64,000 nucleotides of DNA from Cyanophora paradoxa CCMP329 (Eukaryota > Plantae > Glaucophyta), in the NCBI GenBank assembly GCA_004431415.1, contig QPMI01000625.1:65999-129998 (forward strand), in the 5' to 3' direction. A program made the translations under genes and the position numbers. Shown here piece by piece: positions 36,308 to 48,509 of this stretch. The notes below the pieces were generated by a model that was given only the letters and a program-made list of their open reading frames with translations, was not told where the DNA came from and searched no databases. How positions within the stretch are numbered: position 1 is the first letter of the stretch; every line of letters starts with the position of its first letter.

Positions 36308-37091
36308 AGCTGTGTACTACGCCTGTCTGGGCTACGCATAGGAAGGTGCGGCCCTCGCCGTTGCCGGCCCAGCCGTTCCCCCCCGGGGCCCGTAAGGGGA
36401 GTAACGCTCCACCCCCGCACAGCCTAAGCCGTGCGCGTGTCGTGTGCAGCATCGCGTCGTCGTTCTTGGGCGGTGGGAGTTCCTGCAGGCCCGGTGGGGC
36501 CGGGACCCGTCGGTAGCCTGCGGGGCCGAGGCGGCGCACGCGCGCGCGGAGGGGGGTCAGATCGAAATCGAAGCGCCCTGAAATCGAAATCGAAATCGAA
36601 GGCGCGCACTCGGGGAAAGCGCGCACTCGGGGAAAGCGCGAAAGCGCGAACCCTCCCTGGTCGATTCTGCAGGGCGGCGGAAGCGCGCAGAGGGGGGCTA
36701 GACAGCGCACGCGAAATCGGAGGCGGGGCGGGCACCCAGGGGTTTCAATCCACGCTCCGCGAGGGTAGATTGGCGGGCCTCCCAGTGCGAGTGCCTGCAC
36801 GCGCGGGGTTGACCCGAGGGCATTCCAACGCGGGCGGCGCGCTGGGTCGGCGCGGACCTGGACGCGCTCGGCCTCGTCGGGGAGAAAGCCTGCCGCAATG
36901 CGCGCGCGCGCGGCGTCAAACCGAGAGGACGCGCCGGCGCGCCCGGCGGCCGCGCGCGGAGGCGCACCTGGGAGGCGTCACGAAAGTGGCGCGCTCCATG
37001 GAGCACCGGAAGGAAGGCGATCCGCTGCGTAAGCAACGGAAAGCTCAAGGAACAAAACGCCGCGCGGCGCGCGGGGCGCTCACAAGGGATC
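36279..37091 (+). mobile_element. Subfamily A arm, second long copy
   Basis: Colinear with 32317-33150 up to ctcacaagggatc, then diverges completely. Confidence 0.9.
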
Positions 37092-37229
37092 GCGCGGCAG
37101 CTCCGTCGGGCTTCTACATGCGCTGCGCAGAGGAAGCGCAGCTCTACGAGGAGGAGGAGCGGCCTGCGCACGCGAGCGCATGCCGGAGTCAGCGGGAAGG
37201 ACAACTCGGGATGACAACTTGCCTGAAAA

Positions 37230-37530
37230 GCGTCGCCCGGCCGCGGGGGCGGCCGCCGCCGTTTGCTGATGACCTGCGCGCGCCCCGGTGAGCCGTCGTG
37301 CTGGAACTCGTCGACCTCGATCACAACGACGCGGTCGGGCATCGTGGCGAGGAAGGCGGTCAGGAACGCCATGGCCCATCAGCTCGGGGCTGCGCATGCG
37401 TCATACGTACGCGTCTACGCGCTGCGCGCGCGCAGGCGCACCATTCATCGCGCTGCAGCCTGCAGGGTCTCCGGGTCGAGCCAGTGCTATCGGGCGACGG
37501 CGCGCCCGTCCCGCTTGACCGTCGCGTGGG
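37230..37530 (-). pseudogene. Decayed paralogue of the PD-(D/E)XK-like nuclease gene
   Basis: HWLDPETLQ..RDE, same intron position, PDRVVVIEVDEFQH. Confidence 0.7.
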
Positions 37531-38648
37531 CGGGAAATGACTGCCGTCCGCGGCGGCGGCGGGGACCTGACCGCGCCGAACAGATGTTCGAATTCGGACC
37601 TGACCGAGCCGTGCTATTCCAACAGGCTTGAAGCATTATTTAAAACCGGTGAGCATGCTTTATACTCGTCCCGCTGCGCGCGCCGATGTTCCCCGCGTTC
37701 TGTTGGACGGCCACAACTCGACCGCTAGTACAGCATACATTGCAATTGAGACGCCGTGAGTCTCGGAGACGTACATTGGTGCCCGGGGGGCGACGAGGCA
37801 GCCATGCGCACTGGAACGGAACTGGACGCTCGAAGCTGCAAGTCTGGGCCTCATCGTCCCCGTAGTACGCGATGAAACGCGTGATGACCTGGCCCGCGGC
37901 GCCTTCGAATTCGGGGAAGCGCTGCGCCAGCCCCTGCACGCCGTGGGCATAACCCTGTCCCGGGAACCAGCAAATCGGGGTGCCACTCGGGCCGCAAAAG
38001 ATCAAGGAGGCTCCGGGGGGAATTGCCCGGCGTTCAGAAGCCGCGTGCGGCGCCGCCCATGCCGCAGTGCCGCCATGGAGTTAGTTTGGTAGTTTGGTAG
38101 TTTGGTAGTTTGGAGTTAGTGTGCCCGGATACCTTGTCCCGCTCGAGACGAGGGGAAAAGGGCGAGGGGAAAGACATTAGAGGAGAGAGGAGAACGCGTT
38201 TTCGAGCATGGAGCCAGCGTGCGCATACAACGCCAGCGCTAGCGCTTATAATTACGCTCTGAGTCTAGCTAGCGCTCTCTCAGGGCTGCGAAAAGGCTGC
38301 GAGAATCGCAGCCGCAGCCGCAGCCAGGGCCGCAGCCAGGGCCGAGGCGAGGCGCAAGCGCTAGCAGGAGGCCGAGGATGCAGCCGAGGCGAGGCGCAAG
38401 TGGGAGGCCGGAGCCAAGCAGGAGGCGCAAGCAGGAGGCCGAGCATGCAGAGACCCGTCCCCCCTGCGCTTGCGCAGCGCACTGCGATCGGTATCTAGAT
38501 GATCTACCGCATGTGTCTACCTCATCAGCGACGGTGCGCCTGTCCCGCTGGCCATCCCCGCGTGACCTTGTGGGCTTTGAGGAAGGAGAAAACATCGCCT
38601 CGAGACAAAACACCCCGAGAGAAGACATCTTGAAGTAGAGGACATCGC

Positions 38649-38990
38649 TTAGGCGAAGTAGGCGTTGAGGAACGCCAGCACATAACCCAGCACCCTGAGC
38701 TCGGCGCTGCGAGGCGAAGTAGGCGTTGAGGAACGCCAGCACATAACCCAGCACCCTGAGCTCGGCGCTGCGCACGCGTCATCATTCTCCGCGCTTCTCC
38801 GCGCTGCGCGCGCGCACGCGCACCACTCATCGCGCTGCAGGGTCTCGGGGTCGTGCCAGTGCTCCCGCACGAAGGCGCGCTTGTCCCGGCGCTTGCGCAT
38901 CGCCTCGAGTGGAGAGATCTTGAGGAGAAGGCATCGCCTCGCGAGAGGAGAGATCTAGAGGAGACATCGCCTCGCGATCTCGATTCACGA
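38649..38990 (-). pseudogene. 5' fragment copy of the nuclease gene at 40928-41200, with a ~61-bp internal tandem duplication
   Basis: Identical sequence encoding MRKRRDKRAFVREHWHDPETLQRDE|CAELRVLGYVLAFLNAYFA. Confidence 0.85.
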
Positions 38991-40049
38991 TTCACGATTC
39001 ATGTGTCTACGGCTGAGCGCAAGATCAGCTCCGCGGGGGATGGGTCTACCGTAACTAAGCGAGCCCCGATGGATGTCCGGGACCCGGCGCATCACCCCTG
39101 GCCGCCCGCGCGCCTCGCGCTCCGCCGCTGCCCGCTCGCGCTCCGCCGCCGCCCGCTCGCGCTCCGCCGCCGCCGCCCGCTCGCGCTCGCGCGCGCGCTC
39201 GCGCTCCGCCGCCGCCGCCGCCGCCCGCTCGTGCTCGCGCGCGCGCTCCGCCACCGCCGCCCGCGCGGCGCCCACTCGCGCTCGCGCTCGCGCGCGCGCT
39301 CTGCCAACGCCGCCCGCGCGGCCGCCCACTCGCGCTCGCTCCGCCGCGGCGGGAAGGTTGGCCGCCACTTGGCGGGAAGAGCTTGCGGGAAGAGGTTGAC
39401 AAGATCCTCGAGCTTCTCGGGCAGCGGCTCGTAGCCCTCGTAGCACAGCTTCACGAACTCGCACTCCGCGGGTGCGCCGTCTGCCACGACGCGCTCGAGA
39501 GCCCTGATGAGAGTCGCCGTGTCGGGGTGTTGGGCCTGCGAGTCGGGCGTTGCGAGTCGAATGAACTTTGTTGGCTTCCCGTAGACCTGCGCACACGCTC
39601 GCATCATGCTGCGCAGACTTCGAAGATCTGACCAACCTCGAGGATCTGCTCGTAGATCTTGAGCATCCGGGCGTCCTCCGCGGAGGGCCTGTAGCGGAGC
39701 ATCCGGGCGTCCTCCGCGGACAAACGCGAAAGAAGCATGCACCCGGGCGCTTTCGATCTTTGCCGAACAGGTCCTTGTCGCCGTCCACAGGGCTGTCGTG
39801 CGCGATCCGCAGGACCTGCAGGACATGGCCGGCGCCGTGCGCGAGCGCCCAGCGGTGCGCCCACTCGTAAATCTCATGGCGCACAACGAGCTCGTCCGAC
39901 GCGTCGCTGCCGGGCGGGGCCGACCGAGCGGGGAGGCCGGGCGCGGGCAAGAGACGATGCCCTGGGGGAAGGAGCGCGGCGAGCGCTTCCCTCCTCTGCT
40001 CGGGCCCCGCGCGCCCGAGCTTGATGTACTTGATGTCGACCTTAATCAT
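38985..40049 (-). pseudogene. Divergent nuclease-family paralogue with (AERER)-rich tail; catalytic stretch apparently replaced by a small duplication
   Basis: KRPGACFF, YRPSAEDARMLKIYEQI, YGKPTKFIRLATPD, EFVKLCYEGY; shares ~300 bp of 3' tail with 40113-40420. Confidence 0.55.
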
Positions 40050-40102
40050 TTTTTATTTGGTAATGGGCGAGAGATGGGAGTCCCGAGAGATGGGCGCGAT
40101 GT

Positions 40103-41116
40103 TCATTTTTTCATGTGTCTACGGCTGAGCGCAAGATCAGCTCCGCGGGGGACGGGTCTACCGTAACTAAGCGAGCCCCGATGGGAGTCCCGGACCCGGC
40201 GCATCACCCCTGGCCGCCCGCGCGCCTCGCGCTCCGCCGCTGCCCGCTCGCGCTCCGCCGCCGCCCGCTCGCGCTCCGCCGCCGCCGCCCGCTCGCGCTC
40301 GCGCGCGCGCTCGCGCTCGCGCTCGCGCGCGCGCTCGCGCTCCGCCGCCGCCGCCCGCTCGCGCTCGCGCGCGCGCTCCGCCACCGCTGCCCGCGCGGCC
40401 GCCCACTCGCGCTCGCGCTCCTCCGCCGCCGCCCGCTCGCGCTCCGCCGCCCGCTCGCGCTCGCGCTCGCGCTCCGCCAACGCCGCCCGCTCGCGCTCCG
40501 CCGCCGACGCCAGCTGATCCCCCAGCTCCCGTTGCAGCTCAGCCGGCCCGCGCTTGAACTTTTGCCTCAGACGCTTCAGGCGCTCGGAGTCGATGAACTC
40601 CAGACCAGGAGGGAAGCGCTCCATATCGTTGTAGCCCAGCTCGAAGCGCCGCGGGACCTGGTCGTTGTCAGGGCGTTTCGCATGCGATCTCCTCCTCCCT
40701 TGCCGCCTCCTCTGCAAACAGGTAGCGTCCGAACGCTGCAAAACCGTTGAAGATCCCGTGCTGCAACTCGTCGACATCGAGCACAATGACACGGTCGGGC
40801 AAGACGATCAAGATGTCGGGCCGACGGAATCCGGGGACGTAGTGCGGAATCCCGGCGACCGTGCAGTCATACAAGACGAAGAACGGCTGGTCGGCGAGGA
40901 CGAAGACGAAGAGCGACGAAGGCAGCGAGGCGAAGTAGGCGTTGAGGAACGCCAGCACATAACCCAGCACCCTGAGCTCGGCGCTGCGCACGCGTCATCA
41001 TTCTCCGCGCTTCTCCGCGCTGCGCGCGCGCACGCGCACCACTCATCGCGCTGCAGGGTCTCGGGGTCGTGCCAGTGCTCCCGCACGAAGGCGCGCTTGT
41101 CCCGGCGCTTGCGCAT
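40103..41116 (-). CDS. PD-(D/E)XK/Vsr-like endonuclease of the type seen in giant DNA viruses, plus charged (AERER)n tail; one intron and one frame break
   Basis: AELRVLGYV...LYDCTVAG...RRPDILIVLPDRVIVLDVDELQH...YLFAEEAAREEEI resembles the RPD-x10-12-EVDExQH...YxxxxExxRxxxI signature (recalled, not searched). Confidence 0.65.
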
Positions 41117-41288
41117 CGCCTCGAGTGGAGAGATCTTGAGGAGAAGGCATCGCCTCGCGAGAGGAGAGAGCTCGAGGAGAAGGCATCGCCTCGCGAGGAG
41201 AAAAATAAATTTGGGGAGAAAAATTATTGGGGGGTGGGGTTTACAGAGGCTACGGCATATCGGGGGGTTAGTGCATAATCACTCGGAA

Positions 41289-42759
41289 ATGGTGCGAGGG
41301 ACCGCGACAGGGCGCGACAGGGCGCTCCTGCACAGCTGCGGAGCTCTGGATTAGCTGCATAGAGCCTGCAGATAGCTTTATGCGCGGTCGCGGGAGTCTC
41401 GATCAGTAGCATTGATCCGCGCATGCACAGGCTCGCGGACCAAAGAAGCACATGAAGCGCCTTGCGGCGCCCCGGCACTGGATGCTGGACAAGCTTGGCG
41501 GCGTCTACGTGCGCTGTCGCGCGCTCGAGCGCGGCACCGCCTCACTCGCGCCTGCAGGCCCCTCGCCCGTCCCCGGGCCCGCACAAGCTCCGCGAGAGCC
41601 TGCCGCTGATCATCCTGATCCGCAACCGGCTGAAGTACGCCCTCACCCGGCGGGAGGCGAACATGATCGTCCTCCAGCGGCTGGTCAAGGTCGACGGGAA
41701 GGTCCGCACTGACGCCCGCTACCCGGCCGGCTTCATGGGTGCGCCTCGCGATTGCAGCCGCGTGCATTGCGCACCCGCGTGCCCCGGGTCTGTCTGAGCC
41801 TTGCCGCAGACGTCGTCAGCATCGAGAAGACCAACGAGTTCTTCCGCCTGCTCTACGACGTGAAGGGGCGCTACGTCACCCACCGCATCACCCCGGAGGA
41901 GGCGAAGGTGCGGGGGCGCTGGCTTGCGCCGCGGCTGGACAGGAGTGGGCTGGCGAATCCGGCTTTCAGCCAGCGCGCTTGGAGCCTCTAGCTATGCAGT
42001 CCAGTTCGACGACGCATAGAAGGATCTTAGTTTCCTTTCCGCCGCGCTACGATCTCGTCCGCACCGCCTCCCGACGGCGCGTTCTGATGCGTCGTTTGCG
42101 CTCTCGCCGCAGTTCAAGCTTTGCTCCGTCCGCGCCGTGTCGGTCGGCCCTCGCTCTGTGCCCTTCATCGTCACTCACGACGGCCGCACCATCCGCTACC
42201 CGGACCCGGACGTGAAGGTACAATTGACCCGGCGCGTCTTCCGGACAGATCGGTGACCGACGCGGCGCAGGTTCACGACACCGTGAAGGTGGACATTGAC
42301 ACCGGCAAGATCGTCGACCACATCAAGTTCGACCACGACCAGGTGCGCTGTTTTGTTTTCTTCCACAGGCGCGTGTTGACGGCTTCCAAACAGCTCTGCA
42401 TGGTCATTCGTGGCAAGAACGCTGGCCGCGTCGGCCTTATCGTCAACCGCGAGCGGTGCGTTCATTTTCTGCCGAGCGATCCCCGGTTGGCGTGACCGAG
42501 CCCCGCTTGTTAGCCACCTCGGGAGCTTCGACATTGTCCACGTCAAGGACGCGTCTGGCCACGCCTTCGCGACCCGCCTCGACAACGTCTTCGTTATCGG
42601 CAAGGGCAACAAGGTTAGCCCAAACTCGCCCGACCCTGCAAGTCGTCGCGCGCTCACGGCTTCGAACGCCAGCCGTCGATCTCCCTCCCCAAGGGCAAGG
42701 GCCTCAAGCTCTCCATCATCGAGGAGACTGCCCAGCGCACTGAGAAGGCGGCCAAGTAA
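41289..42759 (+). CDS. RPS4: 40S ribosomal protein S4 (eS4), multi-exon
   Basis: M|[85 protein letters not shown]. Confidence 0.98.
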
Positions 42760-43789
42760 TGGGTCCATCGAGTGAGGGCCTCGCGGCAGCATCCAGATTC
42801 GAGCCATTGTTTCCGAGCACTCTCTGTGTATCCGAGAACAGAGAGATTTTCTTACAGTGCACGCTACGGCCGAGTATGTTGGCTGGACGAGCTCGGTTTC
42901 GGTGAGCTCGAGGCATCCTGCGAGCGCGCGCGCTCGCCGAGTCGATCTCGAGCTCCGCCCACGTGCAGGTGCTGCTGCACCGTGGCAATATAGTACTGCA
43001 CATTGATAACACTGGCATACTAGCCGCGGACAACGCAGGCTAGAAGCGGCGGTGCTAACTACGGGGGCGAGAAGCCGCGGACGACGCAGGCAGGGCCCTC
43101 TGAAGGGGGGCGCGCAACTTCCCCCTGGGGTTCCTACAAACTACGATGGGGACGAGGGGGGGGGGCCTGCCGCCGCGTCGACGTCGGGGCCCGCAGGCGA
43201 CGACGGAGGAGCTAGGCCCAGGGAGGAAGCGACGCCAGGGGCAAGCTCGGCGTCATCCACATCAATGATGACTTGGGGAGAGCCTGCATCATCGATAGCA
43301 GCATCGAAAACGGAGCCCGGTGCCGGGGCGCCGGCCGCCGCCGGGGCGTGCGCAGCTGCAGCCGGCGCCGGAGAGCGGGCAGCTGCAGCCGGCGCCGGAG
43401 AGCGGGGCGGCCCGAGCGGGGCGAGCCGCACGGGCTTCATCCTCCGCCCCGCGTCCACGCCGGAGAAGAAGCAGCCTTCCACAAAGCACAGCATTGCAGA
43501 GTGCTCCTGCAGCTGCGGAAGTAAACAAGTGTGCTCGTTTGGTGTTCGATTACAATTGACCCTTTGGTCTCCAGGTTGTTCATTCTGAAATTTCCTTTCC
43601 TGAAGGCCTCTACTTCCTCGACCCCATCTGTGCAGCTGTGGATGCGAAGCGTGTTAATCCGGTCCCTTCAAGTTGATTCTCTAGATGCATGCCTCTCTTC
43701 CTCACACCATTGCAGGTAGTGTGGCGGGAATGGGAAGCGTGCTATAAGAGTGACATACCCGCTTTAAACAACGCCTCAATCTGCCCGAA

Positions 43790-44860
43790 ATGCATCTCTC
43801 AGAGAATAGACGGTCTGCTTCAAGAACGTCATCTCTGGGCCACATGCCTCAATTTTTAACCAGTGCGCCAGACATGCGGAGCGTAACAGGACTAGGTGCT
43901 CTGAGAATGCAACTACAGGAGGCACTTGGTGTCAGTCACACAGCATCGGAACCGGGATACTTGATACCTGCCAAGTATTTCCGAGGTTTGCTAACTCTCT
44001 CATTATCACGCCTCCGATAGATACTAAGATCTTAGCAGCTCTGAAGACAGCACGAAATCCCAAGATTCCGGCTGACATGAACGAGGGCTTGTTTTGCTTG
44101 TGTGAAAGAAAGGGCTTTCGGGAATCCCTACGACAAGCAACTGCCACGGTCACGATGGAGGTCATCTTACACTTCAAAAATCATGCATCTATCTTCTCAT
44201 CGCAGTGCAGGCATGGTCACTCATCAAAAAAATATATCCACTTACAAGCGAGTTCTTCTGGCAAGTGCCAGGCTGTTTGACCTGTTCAGAGTGTGAACAG
44301 AGAACATCTGGGGAGCTTGACACTCGTCGAGAGATGAGGGCCATAGAGCGGGTAGGGCGCCTCTCGTAGGGCACCTTTTTGTTTACGGTCACATTGACGA
44401 ATTTGCTTCGCAATCAGAGCTTTGTGGATCCTTTGTTCCGTGCTGTGTCTGCAGGGAAGGTCGTGCCACTTCGTCTGGAAGATGTGCGTGAAGACACAAG
44501 CTTTGTATTTTTCATGGCGAACACAAGCACAGATGAAAGCTGGGGATGAGCGTGAATTCAGGGTGCTCCCCACATCATGGCTCAGGGTCTGGGCGGTCTA
44601 CATTCAGAATGCCCAGGTAGCAAGTTATGGTGTGGTATTGAAACGTGATTATTTACAATAGTGCACAGGCTGACGAGCCTGCTCCACTTACAATTGATGG
44701 TCTTCTTTGCGAACATGGACAATTGATGTACGATCTGAACTGGACTTGGCTAGCGCTGCGGCACATTTGGCACCCCCGAAGCGTTTGGCACTGTACCCCT
44801 CACATCAAAGCCCCAATCGAAGTCCCGTGGCGCGCAGCGCGCGGAGGTCGTTGACCTTGT
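43790..44860 (+). pseudogene. Fragment resembling the tandem DUSP region of USP48/UBP26
   Basis: GYLIPAKYFR, CRHGH, CLTCSECE, FRVLPTSWLRVWAVYI, LTIDGLLCEHGQLMY; no catalytic domain seen. Confidence 0.45.
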
Positions 44861-45077
44861 AATTGAACCAATTGTCGATCTATAGCTAGTGTCTCAGCGC
44901 GGCGCCTCTCGACATCGCGTCACGGACGCGCGCCTCAGGGCCTGCCGCTTGCGCTTCTCATCTACGCTCGCCCGGACCTTGGCTCGAGCACATTCTCCTT
45001 CATTCTTTGCGAACACCAAGGAGCGCACAGTGGTCGCCTGGAGCTCGGCTCGTGCACGTTGCATCCGCGGCCACACA

Positions 45078-46014
45078 ATGCTCCGTCAGCTCTACGAGTC
45101 CTCGTTACGCAAACTCTACGCCTGGATCCTCTCGTTGTTCTTCAAGACGGAGCTCGAGCTCTCGCTGATAGGTGTGACACCTTGCGTTAACAAAATGCGT
45201 TAACAAAATGCTTGCAAAAACCTTGCGTTAACAAAATGCTTGCAAAAAGGGTTGCAAAATGCTGGGAAAACGACATTGACACAGTGCGCACGTTTGGCGA
45301 GCTGTGGCGAATTTAATTTTTCCCTTGCACAGAGTCCTTGAGACGGGAAAGCCTACGGAAGATATGATTCCCACTGTCGGGTACACTCTATAATGTACTC
45401 TGCTCACGTTGCTTGATTTCGCCTCTATTTGCTCACAGGTTCAACATGAGAAAAGTGACGAAGGGAAAAGTGACCATCAAGCTTTGGGGTAAGCGATGCT
45501 TGGCGGCCAACCCCGATTTCGGTCGATGTGGGAGAGATCTTGGCCCCACCGACAGATCTTGGCGGCCAACCCCGATTTCGGTCGATGTGGGAACGGTACT
45601 GCAGGGTCAGCCGAATTCGATATCAATTTCAAAATGAAAGGCTCAGTGCGAAATCAGGGCGTGAACGCCATAGTCTACGTGGTCGACTCGGCAGATCCTG
45701 CTTCTTTGGAAGAATCAAAAGCCGAGCTGCTTGATCTGATCAGCAAGCCGGCCCTCCAAGACATTCCCCTCCTCGTTCTGGGCAACAAGAACGATTTGCG
45801 TACGATACTCCAAGCGCAATGATTCTTGAATCCGTGTCTTACTGTTGCACATGCAGCGGGTGCTATTTCAGCGGAGGGCCTGATCGAGAAGATGGGCCTC
45901 AAAAGCATTGGTGGCCGCGATGTCGCTTGTTACAGTATCTCAGCAAAGCATGCGGTCAACATTGAGCCCGTCCTTGACTGGTTAATCCAGCATGGCGGCC
46001 AGGGTAGGAGGTAG
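45078..46014 (+). CDS. ARL8: Arl8-family small GTPase, multi-exon, divergent
   Basis: [20 protein letters not shown]|[16 protein letters not shown]|[16 protein letters not shown]|[17 protein letters not shown]|[25 protein letters not shown]...VLDWLIQH. Confidence 0.93.
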
Positions 46015-46074
46015 ACTGGGTGTTTTTTGGTGAAATCAGACCATATGTGTGACTTGACCACATGTGTCAGTGTG

Positions 46075-47280
46075 ACCTGCGTTCAGCGCAGACATCTGTG
46101 AACTACGTATACTGCCTGTCTGGGCTACACATAGGAAGGCCCGCGGCCTCGCCGTTTCCTGCCCCACCGTTCCTCGCAAGGGGAAGTAAGGGGAGCGCTC
46201 CACCCGTGCACGCGCATGTGCAGGTGCACGCGTAACCTTAGGACCTTCCAACCAGCCCCAGCAACGTTTTGTCCGACCCCAGACTCGCTAGCGCTGAGAT
46301 CGTAATCGAAATCAAAGCTAAGATGTGCAAGTTATAATTAAACGTGACCTCGAGGCCGAACGAGCTGCTCACCCCCCCTAGGAGGTGAGACCTTGTTACA
46401 GTATATCGCATTTGGTGTAGGCCTAGGTGAACATGAGCCCGTAGGAGGTAGCATGCATTTGGACACGAACTAAAAACGCAAGTCTGCCCCGGTGGGCTAC
46501 AAGTGTGGGATGTACACTGCCGCCGCCGCGGCCGCGAACCCAGCCCACCAGCAAGCTGGCCGGTGGGGCCCTGCGTGGCCCCCCTAAGCTTAAGGAGTGT
46601 AATGCGCCTCCCCGCGGAAACTCTGGCTAGCCAGAGCTACATGCATATGTGCCCGCACAGCATTGAGTGCGGCATTGCGTCTTGTGGTGGCCGGGGGTCG
46701 TCTCGAGGTGCACATGGCCACATCGTTGCGGCTGGGGCGACTCGGCGAAATTTAAGCTATTTATATTAGATGTCCAAATTCAATGTTTGGTCCAACCTCA
46801 GATGCTGATCGACTCGGCGAAATCTTAGCTAGGGCTAAGACGCCGAAAATTTGGTTCAACCTCAATCGCATTTGGACACGTACTAAAACGCAGGTCCGTG
46901 CTACAAGAGTGCCAGCGTGCGAGGGACACGGAATGCAAACGCGCTCGGTGGCCGTAGCGTACGCACGCATGTCGCACGGCCGCACCGATGGAGTGTTCAT
47001 CGTCGCGTCCGTAGTCTAGATCTGGTGCGCGCGTCAGTGTGCTGTACAGCAACAGCAACGCGTATGGTAGTGTAAACTACCTCGACCTCAGGCGTATGTG
47101 GCTGGTCGGCGCTCAGCGGCTGCTAGCGCTGGTCTGTTGTTAGCCTAGTAGCGTGCAGGGGTTCGCATGAAGACTAGCCTGCACGACTTTCATTAATTTC
47201 GTCCAATTTTCGTCCAAATGGTACTTTCGTCCAACTTTCACTTTTTCGTCCAACCCCTGATCGTAATCGCAGATCAAGGG
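46075..47280 (+). mobile_element. Cluster of element remnants: diverged A end (46075-46235), B end (46456-46750), short B-plus-right-arm element (46867-47259) ending ttcgtccaacccctg
   Basis: Similarity to the other copies in the window. Confidence 0.8.
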
Positions 47281-48460
47281 GACGCGTACGCGTACGTTAT
47301 ATTATTATTATCAGTGACGAGCTGCTCAACCCCGCCCCACCCTCCCCGATATCCCCCTGCTCAGTATCAGAGCGTAATACCGACATCTTCTTTATCTTAC
47401 ATATCCTTCTCCTATCTTCTCGACTTTAAAAAAGCGCTTGAACGGCTGCGAAGTTATTGCTTTCCCATCCACAGAGCGGCCCATCTCCTGTCACGTGTTA
47501 GCTGCTCTCACGCACACTGTTAAACAAAGTGCACTTTGGGGTCTTGATAGGTGGGCATGTCATTCAAAGTCTCTCTTGCGATCCGTCTTGAAGACCAATT
47601 TTTTTCAGCTGCTCATTTTCCGATGATCGACCGCGGCGCACCTTCTTAGCTCATCATTTCCCTCCAAAGCACCTTTGATGACGAAAGGCTTTATGAAGCG
47701 CAGCTGCGGGGGGGGGGGGGGGGGGGGGGTTCCGTTACATGCGCAAGGAGGCAGCGGGGTGAACCACAACGAACCCCACCGCGAGTATCTCCTTCGCTGC
47801 GGCTCTGTGAGCTCGAGAGGCGAGAAAGAATGTCAAAGCATTCTGCTGAAATGCTGACCCGTTAATAAATTTTCGGCTTTCAAGCCCCTGACTTTCGAGT
47901 CGAAGCGCTGGCCTCGATGATGCGGACGACTCAGTAGCCAGGCGCGCCGCCCTGCTCGGGAGAGACACCGAGCTCGCAATGGACTGCAGAGGGTTCCCAT
48001 AAACTTCCTGCCACTCAGCGATCGTGGAGACCCTGCGCGATGCGGAAGCTAGATCGCCCATATTCTGGCCCGAGGCCCGAGGCACGAGTCTGCGCTGCGA
48101 CTTGAAATCGTCATCGGAATCAGCCAACAGGTGTAGCTACCTGTAGCTACTGAAGCTTTGCTGTAGCTGAAGAGCAGGTCTCGAATCAGCGTTCTCCTCT
48201 GTTCACGTGAAACTACGCCCCCGGCGGGACTAAACTGAGTAGCTACTGCACTGAACAATACACGTATGCTAGGTGCGAGAGCTAGCCGTGTTAGCTAGAA
48301 CCGAAAGCGGCATTCGAGAGCCTGTACCCCCCTGTGTCGGGGCTAAGAGGTGTGGGACGGCAGGTGCGGCATCGCGTCTTGGGGAGGCTAAGAGGGGAGG
48401 TGTGGGCTAAGAGGTATACTTTCCCCCCTCGAGGGAATTCGGGAATTCTCCCTTTCTCCT

Positions 48461-48463
<3 letters not shown>

Positions 48464-48507
<44 letters not shown>
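48464..48507. repeat. (TA)22 microsatellite, Helitron2 insertion site
   Basis: Seen directly; a shorter (TA)n at 50063-50074 separates the two elements. Confidence 0.97.

Positions 48508-48509
<2 letters not shown>

Noticed and set aside
43052-43588. Ala/Pro-rich ORFs after RPS4
   Set aside because: No recognisable domain or start; could be a gene or TE tail but cannot be supported.
47400-48260. Possible minus-strand gene (ORF 47735-48127)
   Set aside because: No ATG start or motif, and interrupted by a poly-G run; left uncalled.
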